Shown here: positions 57,048 to 64,000 of the stretch, piece by piece | Position numbering within the stretch: the first letter of the stretch is position 1 | Layout: every line of letters starts with the position of its first letter | Assembly (NCBI GenBank): GCA_963806855.1 | Contig: CAWDYW010000003.1 | Coordinates: forward strand, 512,001-576,000 | DNA: 64,000 bases | Direction: 5' to 3' | Origin: an uncultured Verrucomicrobiae bacterium | Lineage (GTDB): Bacteria > Chlamydiota > Chlamydiia > Chlamydiales > Rhabdochlamydiaceae | Position numbers and translations under genes: made by a program | Notes under the pieces: generated by a model | Databases searched by the model: none | The model's input: the letters and a program-made list of their open reading frames with translations, nothing else | What the model was told of the DNA's origin: nothing

Positions 57048-58397
57048 ATGAAAAATACCACCCATTTTATTGGAATTGGAGGCGTCGGGATGAGCGCACT
57101 GGCACGCATTCTCCTAAAAAAGGGGGAGAAAGTGAGCGGGAGCGACATCAAAGAGTCGCAGCGAACAAACGAGCTGAAAAAAGAGGGCGCCGAGATTTTT
57201 ATTGGCCACACCGAAGCGAATATCAAAAACGCAAGCGCGATCGTCTTTTCATCCGATATTCCCGATGACAACCCCGAAATGATCTCTGCAAAGCAAAAAG
57301 GGATACCCCTTCTTCACCGCTCTGAGATGCTCGGCAAACTGGTGATCGGCTATGCGCCGCTCCTCGTCACCGGGACACATGGGAAAACGACCACTTCCTC
57401 TCTTCTGGCCCATACCTTAGTGGAGGCCAATTTTGATCCCTCGTTTGCAGTCGGTGGATATTTAAACAATACTCAAACCAATAGCCGTTTCGGAAGAGGG
57501 CAATATTTTGTTGCCGAAGCAGACGAAAGCGATGGCTCTTTTCTTAACTACCCTGGCTTTGGAGCGATCATCACCAATCTCGAACACGACCACATGAATT
57601 ACTGGAAAACCGAAAAGGCGCTTGTCGAGGGATTCCGAAAATTTGCCGAGCACATCAAGTCTAAGCACCACCTTTTCTGGTGCTACGATGATAAGCTGCT
57701 AAAGACCTTGAATCTGAAGGGATATAGCTATGGGTTTAGCGAAGGGGCCGATCTTTTCATTGAGAATTTCCGCCAGGTGCATTGGCATATGAACTTTGAT
57801 CTGACCTTCGAAGGGAAGCGGTATGAAAATATTCAGATTCCTTTGATTGGCGCTCACAATGTGCTCAATGCCGCTGCCGTCTTTGGGCTTGGACTCAAGC
57901 TCGATCTCTCCGAAGATCAGCTCCGCAAGGGGTTTGTCAGCTTCCCTGGAGTAGGAAGGCGGCTGGAGAAAAAGGGGACAGCAGGAACCATCGACATTTA
58001 CGATGACTATGCCCACCATCCGACCGAAATTTTCGCTACGTTGCGGGCGCTTAAAAACGCCAGCCATGGGAAGCGGATCGTCCTCGCCTTCCAGCCCCAC
58101 CGCTATACTCGAACCAAGTGCTGTTTGGATGACTTTGCTGATGCCTTTGAGTATGCCGATGAGGTGGTCATCACAGAAGTCTATGCTGCGCATGAAACCC
58201 CTATCCCAGAATTGACCCCTGAAAAAATCCTCAAGAGGATCAAAGCAGGTGGGTACAATAAGGTCCGTTTTGTGGAGAGGTCCAACTTACCCAAATTTTT
58301 ATCCCAGTTTCTCCAACCTAAGGATATTTTGATCACAATGGGAGCAGGCGATATCACAACTGTCGGGCCTGCTGTCCTCAGTGAGCTAACTGAATGA
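57048..58397 (+). CDS. murC: UDP-MurNAc--L-Ala ligase
   Basis: HFIGIGGVGMS, GTHGKTTTS, EADESDGS, DDYAHHPTE, FQPHRYTRT. Confidence 0.96.
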   Translation: MKNTTHFIGIGGVGMSALARILLKKGEKVSGSDIKESQRTNELKKEGAEIFIGHTEANIKNASAIVFSSDIPDDNPEMISAKQKGIPLLHRSEMLGKLVIGYAPLLVTGTHGKTTTSSLLAHTLVEANFDPSFAVGGYLNNTQTNSRFGRGQYFVAEADESDGSFLNYPGFGAIITNLEHDHMNYWKTEKALVEGFRKFAEHIKSKHHLFWCYDDKLLKTLNLKGYSYGFSEGADLFIENFRQVHWHMNFDLTFEGKRYENIQIPLIGAHNVLNAAAVFGLGLKLDLSEDQLRKGFVSFPGVGRRLEKKGTAGTIDIYDDYAHHPTEIFATLRALKNASHGKRIVLAFQPHRYTRTKCCLDDFADAFEYADEVVITEVYAAHETPIPELTPEKILKRIKAGGYNKVRFVERSNLPKFLSQFLQPKDILITMGAGDITTVGPAVLSELTE

Positions 58398-59284
58398 AAA
58401 AGAAATTAACCCTTTCACAGTCTTTACTCTGGATTGTCGCCTCGGCCATTGCGATCAATGCTGTGGCCTACTGCGGCATCAAAGGGGTCCTTTTGTGGAA
58501 AAAGATGCAGGGGATCGACCATCGTGTCCCAATCCGAGCTATCGTCCAAACTGGACCGCAGCGCGAGGCGCTGAAGACCGCCTATTTAGCAGAGCTGCTC
58601 GACCTAGCAGAAGATCAGCCCACTTTAAGCTCCAATTTTGATGTGAAAGAAGCGGAAAAAAAACTCCGAGAGTCGCCTGTCATTAACGAAGTGCACGTCA
58701 AAATTCAAGAGCCCGGCATTCTCTATATTGACTATACTACCCGCCAACCGGTCGCTTTCCTTCTAGATTATGAAAATGTGGCCCTCGATAAGGAAGGATA
58801 TCCCTTTCCAGTCGCCCCCTTCTTCACTCCTAAAAAACTCCCCGGGATTTATCTGGGAATGGAAGAAGAGTTGCAATGGAACCAGCCGATCGTTGGAGAA
58901 AAGCTTCAGCTCGCCTATGCCCTTTTAGAGCTCATTAACGGCCCGATAGTGGGAGACCTCTTTAATGTAAAACGGATCGATGTCTCAAATGCCTTTGAAA
59001 TGAGTTATGGAAGACGGGAGATCGTCCTCTTTGCTCAAGACGAAATCTATAAAACCTATCGAGGCAAAGAGGTGCGCTTCGTCATCCCCCGCATCCTCCG
59101 CTTGCCAACGAAAAAATATGCCCAAGAATTGGCCAATTATTTGAAGTTTCGAGAGCAGAGGCTAGAGAAAGAACAGCAGGAGCTCAAGGTGACAGACGAA
59201 GGGCAAACAGTGGTCCTGTGCCCTATCGTCACCATCGATCTGAGAATCCCTCAGCTTGCCTTCATTGAGGAAGTGAAGAGGTAA
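58394..59284 (+). CDS. FtsQ/DivIB-like cell-division protein
   Basis: Single N-terminal TM, POTRA-like segment (AEKKL..SPVI..V.V....P..L.I), C-terminal IDLR; last gene of the dcw cluster. Confidence 0.65.
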   Translation: MKKKLTLSQSLLWIVASAIAINAVAYCGIKGVLLWKKMQGIDHRVPIRAIVQTGPQREALKTAYLAELLDLAEDQPTLSSNFDVKEAEKKLRESPVINEVHVKIQEPGILYIDYTTRQPVAFLLDYENVALDKEGYPFPVAPFFTPKKLPGIYLGMEEELQWNQPIVGEKLQLAYALLELINGPIVGDLFNVKRIDVSNAFEMSYGRREIVLFAQDEIYKTYRGKEVRFVIPRILRLPTKKYAQELANYLKFREQRLEKEQQELKVTDEGQTVVLCPIVTIDLRIPQLAFIEEVKR

Positions 59285-59305
59285 CTACAAAGAAGCGAAT
59301 TCCTT

Positions 59306-60196
59306 TTAATATTTATCTGCGAGAATTATCTCATTTTTGTCGTGTACAACTTCAACACCCTTAGTTTTGAGCATAGCGGCTTGAATTTGTTTTTCATCGA
59401 CTTTTTTAAGATCTTTTGCCAATCGACATTTACTTAAGAGCCAGATAAACCATTTTGTCGGGTCAAATTGGTACCAACGGATTCCATTGCGATAATCTCT
59501 TGGGAATACGTGGTGAAAATTGTGATACCCTTCTCCAAAAGTTAAGAAAGCGGCTAACCAATTGTTCACAGCAGTCTGTTTTTCAGAATAAGGTCTAGAC
59601 CCAATCGTGTGGGCAAGGGAATTAATAAAATAGGTGCAGTGATGACAGAGGAGAAGGCGAACTCCATATGCCAAGACAAAAGCGCCTACCATATCGTGAA
59701 TTAACCAGCCTAAAATCAGCGTAGGGACGATATTGGCAATAAACATCAGTTTGATTTCATGCTTATGCTGAAACATCACCAAGGGATTGGCACAAAGATC
59801 TTTGACCACCTTTTCATCAATCTCTTTCGGATCATCAAAAAGCCATAACAGGTGGGCATACCAAAATCCTTTTTTTATCGAATAAGGATCATCATCTGTA
59901 TCGACATAAGCATGGTGATGGCGATGCTCAAATGCCCATCTAAGAACGCTATACTGGGCTGCCATACTCCCGAAAAAGAGGATAAAATATTCAATGACTG
60001 GATGGACTTTATAGGTGCGATGCGCGTAGAGCCGATGATATCCCGCTGTAATGGCAAGCATCGTAGCGGCATAGAAAAGGCAACTGGTGAGGATCAAAGC
60101 AAAAGATGGGCTTTTCCCCCAAATAAAATAAAAAGGCAAACTCAATAAAACAATTAATTGATATGCGATGACAGTATGGCCTGTGGTCCACTTCAT
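59306..60196 (-). CDS. delta-9-type fatty acid desaturase
   Basis: His boxes GYHRLYAH, HRHHH, GEGYHNFHH. Confidence 0.93.
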   Translation of the reverse strand: MKWTTGHTVIAYQLIVLLSLPFYFIWGKSPSFALILTSCLFYAATMLAITAGYHRLYAHRTYKVHPVIEYFILFFGSMAAQYSVLRWAFEHRHHHAYVDTDDDPYSIKKGFWYAHLLWLFDDPKEIDEKVVKDLCANPLVMFQHKHEIKLMFIANIVPTLILGWLIHDMVGAFVLAYGVRLLLCHHCTYFINSLAHTIGSRPYSEKQTAVNNWLAAFLTFGEGYHNFHHVFPRDYRNGIRWYQFDPTKWFIWLLSKCRLAKDLKKVDEKQIQAAMLKTKGVEVVHDKNEIILADKY

Positions 60197-61416
60197 TTTT
60201 TCTCCATTAACGTTGAATAGAGCTTCAGGTGTTTCATTCGAAATTGATCGAGTGAAAAATCTTGGGCTCTATTTATCCCTTTTTGCATTAGTTCCTTCGA
60301 CAACTCTCGCGAGGATAAAATTTTCTCAATGGCATCAGCTATTTCTAACGGATCTTTAGGATCGACGCAGAGCGCTGCTTCGCCAACAATTTCTTTCGGT
60401 GCCGAGCCATTTGAAGTGACAATCGGCGTCCCGGAGGCCATGGCCTCAAGTAGAGGAATCCCAAACCCTTCATATAGAGAGGGCCATACTAGAACGGATG
60501 CCTTTTGAAACAGCCGCGCCTTCTCCGCCTCTGAGATATATCCGGTAAGAATAATATCATCGCTCAGGTTATACCCCGCGGCGTCCAAAATTGTGGATTT
60601 GGACCGCGCCAAAGCCTCGGGGTTTAACTGTTGTTCCGAGGGTTGTATTAAATCGATACTACCCTCGGAACAACAGTTGAACCGCGAGAGCTTTCGCGTG
60701 GGTCCAAATTCACAATTTTGGACGCCGCGGGGTATAGTTGGAAGACAATTTGTCCCTTCTTCTTTGCCAGCTAAAATCAGCCGATGGGGATAGCCACGCT
60801 TTTTGATGATCCCAAAGGCCTCGATAATCCCTTTTAAGTTTTTGCGGGGCTCAAACGATCCGATATAAAATAAAAAGGGCTCTTTCTCCTCATCGATCGT
60901 CCGCTCTCTCGGGAGCAGGGCACACGGAATCACCGTCACCTTATTCTCAATCTTGGGAAATAACCGGACCAAATCATCGCGTGTCTGCTGACTCACAGCT
61001 GCGATCGCCGCCGCCTCATTTAAATAGCGGGGGAGGAAGTAACTCATTATACAATAGCTCTTCTTTGGAAACAAGTGGGGAAATAAAAGGGGCATTACAT
61101 CGTGAATTGTCAGGACAAAGGGGGCTTTTGGCTTTTTCCCATATAAAATTTTTGGTTCAGGGAAGTGCATCAGATCTAGGTCGTTAAAACAGCGGAGGTG
61201 GCAAAGAGCGCTTAAGCTTTTGGAGAAGGGGATCCTAAGCTTTTTTCGAAAATGGTGGTGGGCAACTTTAGGGAAATGGAGATCGGTCGCATTGGGACTA
61301 TGGTAACAGACAATCCCTTCATTTTTGAGCGCTTCGATCAGCGTCAAAGTAAAATAGCCAACCCCTCGAATCGTCCCGCAAAGCCCTTCTGTCTCAATTC
61401 CGAGTTTCATACCCAT
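60193..61416 (-). CDS. GT4 glycosyltransferase with a 55-aa palindrome-derived insertion
   Basis: TIHD, EPRKN, SLYEGFGIPLLEAMASG. Confidence 0.92.
   Translation of the reverse strand: MGMKLGIETEGLCGTIRGVGYFTLTLIEALKNEGIVCYHSPNATDLHFPKVAHHHFRKKLRIPFSKSLSALCHLRCFNDLDLMHFPEPKILYGKKPKAPFVLTIHDVMPLLFPHLFPKKSYCIMSYFLPRYLNEAAAIAAVSQQTRDDLVRLFPKIENKVTVIPCALLPRERTIDEEKEPFLFYIGSFEPRKNLKGIIEAFGIIKKRGYPHRLILAGKEEGTNCLPTIPRGVQNCEFGPTRKLSRFNCCSEGSIDLIQPSEQQLNPEALARSKSTILDAAGYNLSDDIILTGYISEAEKARLFQKASVLVWPSLYEGFGIPLLEAMASGTPIVTSNGSAPKEIVGEAALCVDPKDPLEIADAIEKILSSRELSKELMQKGINRAQDFSLDQFRMKHLKLYSTLMEKK
60570..60736. mobile_element. 167-bp palindromic MITE-like element, copy 2, in frame inside the GT4 gene
   Basis: TA-TACCCCGCGGCGTCCAAAATTGTG...CACAATTTTGGACGCCGCGGGGTA-TA; same length and core as 24593..24759. 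Confidence 0.92.
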
Positions 61417-61442
61417 AGTATCTTCATATCTTTTTTTTAAAT

Positions 61443-61526
61443 CTATACCGAAATTGATTCAAAAATCGGCTTTTGGGAGCTTTCAATCCCGCCCAAAAAC
61501 CGATTTTTGAATCAATTTTGGTATAG
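61443..61526. mobile_element. 84-bp palindromic MITE-like element with TATACC...GGTATA ends
   Basis: CTATACCGAAATTGATTCAAAAATCGG...CCGATTTTTGAATCAATTTTGGTATAG. Confidence 0.85.
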
Positions 61527-61585
61527 CTCCAAAAATTGGAAAAATGGTATGGTTTGCAACTACCCTTTAACCCAGATAGAGAAGT

Positions 61586-61846
61586 ATGAAAGAGTTTTTC
61601 GATTATATTGTTAAGAACCTCGTCGATCAGCCTGATGCTGTTGACATCCAAATTGTCGAAGGCGACAAAGGGACTCTGATTGAAGTGCGCGTCTCTCCTG
61701 AAGATGTGGCTAAAGTAGTCGGCAGAAAGGGTAGAATCATCAATTCACTCCGTACCCTCGCCATCACGGTTGGAGCCCGCTTCGGTCAGCGCGTGCGCCT
61801 TGAACTTATCGATAAGGAACCAGCTGCAAAACTCCAGGACGAGTAA
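61586..61846 (+). CDS. khpA: KH-domain RNA-binding protein (KhpA family)
   Basis: LVDQPD.V, DVAKVVGRKGRII.SLR. Confidence 0.9.
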   Translation: MKEFFDYIVKNLVDQPDAVDIQIVEGDKGTLIEVRVSPEDVAKVVGRKGRIINSLRTLAITVGARFGQRVRLELIDKEPAAKLQDE

Positions 61847-61902
61847 AAAAAGCCCTGAATTTTTTATAGATTGAAAATCCAATGCCAGCTATCTTGAAAG
61901 TC

Positions 61903-62247
61903 ATGGGTATTGGTGTTGAAATTTCCGCACAGCAAGAGGGTGATGTCCTAGTCATTAGACTCGATGGACGGCTCGATGCGTCAACGACTCCTGTCGTTGA
62001 GAAAAAGCTTGCTAAACTTCTCGAAACTTCTAAAAAGATGCTGGTCGATTTTACCGATGTCGGTTACTTGAGCAGCGCCGGAATGAGATTGCTCCTTTCA
62101 ATGACAAAGAAAATGCAGGCAAATGGGGGGCAAATCGCCTTTTTTGCTATGAGCGAAGATGTTTTGGAAATCATTAGAATGGCCGGTTTTGAGCGGATCT
62201 TGAAGATTTTTAACACCAAAAATGAAGCATTAAAATCTATTAAATAG
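61903..62247 (+). CDS. rsbV: STAS anti-sigma-factor antagonist
   Basis: LDGRLDAST, VGYLSSAGMR. Confidence 0.88.
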   Translation: MGIGVEISAQQEGDVLVIRLDGRLDASTTPVVEKKLAKLLETSKKMLVDFTDVGYLSSAGMRLLLSMTKKMQANGGQIAFFAMSEDVLEIIRMAGFERILKIFNTKNEALKSIK

Positions 62248-62255
62248 GAGTTGCT

Positions 62256-63281
62256 TTGACTCCGAATACCATTGAAAAACAAGAGCTCGCCAAGCTCCTC
62301 GCTCAGATTCCCCTCCCTTTAAAAGAAAAGATCCAGAGTCGTAGCAAAAAGAAAAAAATCATCGTCATTGCAGGACCAACCGCTGTCGGCAAGACCAAGC
62401 ACTCACTCGTCATCGCCAAAGCCCTGGGCGGAGAAATTGTCTCAGCCGACTCGATGCAGGTCTACCGCGGGATGGATATCGGCACTGCTAAAGTAAATAA
62501 ATTGGAGCGACTCCAAGTACCCCATCATCTCATCGATATCCGCGACCTCAGTGAAGGGTTCAACGCGATGGATTTTTACCGTGAGGCGCACAAAGCGATA
62601 CGGGATATCCTCTTGAGAGGAAAAGTGCCGATTGTTGTCGGCGGGACGGGCTTTTACATCCATGCCCTGATCTATGGCCCGCCTCAAGGCCCCAGTTCGA
62701 TCCCTGAGGTGCGGCAAGGTCTTGAAGATGAAATGGATAAGCTTGGAGTCGAGGAACTCTATCGCCGTCTTTCGGAGGCCGATCCTGAGTATGCCAAAAG
62801 CATCACTGCTGCCGACCGGCACAAGATCGTCCGCGCGCTCGAAATCATCTCGATTACCAAGAAAAAAGTCTCCGATTTTCCTAAGATGCAAAAAGAGGAG
62901 ATTCCCTACGATTTCCGCTGCTGGTTCCTCTATATGCCTAAGGAGGTGCTCTACCCCCATATTGAGATGCGCTGCGATGAGATGATTGCGTCGGGATTGA
63001 TTGATGAGGTGCGCGACCTTGATGCTAAAGGACTTAGAAAAAATTCTTCCGCTTCCCAGTCAATCGGCTATCGTCAATGCCTCGATTTCCTCGCCAGCAA
63101 AGGAGCCCCCGACGATTTTGAGGAGTTTGTTGCCACCTTTAAGAGGGCGTCGCGCCGCTATGCTAAGAGGCAATTCACCTGGTTTAAGAGGGAGCCACTC
63201 TTCCGCTGGCTCAACGTCCATGGGGTCCCGCTCGAGAAATCGGTCGAGACGATCATTCAAGATTACGAAATCAGTTTTTAA
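62256..63281 (+). CDS. miaA: tRNA dimethylallyltransferase
   Basis: GPTAVGKT, SADSMQVYRGMDIGTAK, GGTGFY, YAKRQFTW. Confidence 0.96.
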   Translation: MTPNTIEKQELAKLLAQIPLPLKEKIQSRSKKKKIIVIAGPTAVGKTKHSLVIAKALGGEIVSADSMQVYRGMDIGTAKVNKLERLQVPHHLIDIRDLSEGFNAMDFYREAHKAIRDILLRGKVPIVVGGTGFYIHALIYGPPQGPSSIPEVRQGLEDEMDKLGVEELYRRLSEADPEYAKSITAADRHKIVRALEIISITKKKVSDFPKMQKEEIPYDFRCWFLYMPKEVLYPHIEMRCDEMIASGLIDEVRDLDAKGLRKNSSASQSIGYRQCLDFLASKGAPDDFEEFVATFKRASRRYAKRQFTWFKREPLFRWLNVHGVPLEKSVETIIQDYEISF

Positions 63282-63296
63282 AATAAATATTGCCAA

Positions 63297-63325
63297 TTGA
63301 ATTTAACTTGTTATTAATATATAAT
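63297..63325 (+). promoter_or_regulatory. sigma70-type promoter
   Basis: TTGAAT-N17-TATAAT upstream of AAGGAG and the ATG at 63355. Confidence 0.6.
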
Positions 63326-63354
63326 AAATAAAGTTAGAATAAAGGAGTATTTAA

Positions 63355-63924
63355 ATGAGTTCATTAATTAGTCAATTAGGCAATTGTGCTTCATGGGCAG
63401 TAGGGAATTTGTTCTCTTACGGATCGTATGCAGCTTTCAAGGGAATTAGTTTAACTGGGACGGCACTGCAGATTGGAGCAGACTATGGTGCAGAGAATGC
63501 CCCGAAAGTTGCAGCTTATGCCGGGGAAAAATTGAAAGAGGGTTTTCAGTATGCAGCACCTAAAGCATTAACTGGTCTCCAGTATTATGTCGCACCGGTA
63601 GTTAAACAATATGGACCTCACATGCTGGCTGTTGTTGGGGCCATTATTGGGTTAAAAATCTGTATCCGTATGATAAAGGCTGCAGATATAAAGGGAAAGG
63701 TCGTATACATTGGTAAATCATTGGAACCCGTGATTCGTTATGGTGTTATAGCGATAGGTGTTGCTGCGTTTTATAAAGTCGCTCCCAGCCTCATTACAAC
63801 TCAAAGCGTCGCCGCTGCTGGTTTAGCTGCATGTACTGGTATCGCAATGCACGCAAGGACACCACGGTACAGAGTCTACGCCATGATTGGAGTCGCACTC
63901 ACTGCTCACTTTCTTTTAAAGTAG
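63355..63924 (+). CDS. hypothetical multi-pass membrane protein
   Basis: 189 aa, several hydrophobic segments, good RBS. Confidence 0.7.
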   Translation: MSSLISQLGNCASWAVGNLFSYGSYAAFKGISLTGTALQIGADYGAENAPKVAAYAGEKLKEGFQYAAPKALTGLQYYVAPVVKQYGPHMLAVVGAIIGLKICIRMIKAADIKGKVVYIGKSLEPVIRYGVIAIGVAAFYKVAPSLITTQSVAAAGLAACTGIAMHARTPRYRVYAMIGVALTAHFLLK

Positions 63925-64000
63925 GTTGAGTTTTTGCTCTCGATAAGGTAAAATGGGTGTTTGCTTCTTTAAAGGATCAATATGGAAAAAATAATAGACG

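Noticed and set aside
61424..61651. 75-aa ORF containing YTKIDSKIGFWAGLKAPKSRFLNQFRY
   Set aside because: It is a translation of the 84-bp palindrome plus the antisense of khpA; no evidence it is a gene.

Overview
64 kb of a bacterial chromosome, very probably an environmental member of phylum Chlamydiae. This rests on the MOMP-like porins, the comEC/ptsH/ptsI/ybaB/dnaX and yycJ/ftsK neighbourhoods, the murF-mraY-murD-LysM-ftsW-murG-murC cluster, RsbV and an F-box protein; it is an inference from gene content, not a database result. Core genes alternate with AT-rich accessory blocks at about 1.3-9.8 kb and 14.2-28.7 kb. There are two tRNAs (His, Cys), a TPP riboswitch in front of a THI5-type gene, and a heavily frameshifted ftsK that probably reflects sequence errors. 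The most notable observations are four. (1) A GxxExxY nuclease-fold gene sits in the dcw cluster, bounded by 31-bp inverted repeats built from 8-mer units, and a gene-less copy of the same ends lies 11 kb away. This looks like an autonomous/non-autonomous selfish-element pair. (2) A 167-bp TA-flanked palindromic element is inserted in frame (+55 aa) in two unrelated proteins, with compensatory changes between its arms. (3) Four more long palindromic elements lie between genes. (4) Diverged copies of neighbouring gene ends recur (yycJ 3' end x3, HD/pgm ends, msrQ 5' end) and bracket accessory genes with no integrase in view. All functional calls come from motif recognition by eye.
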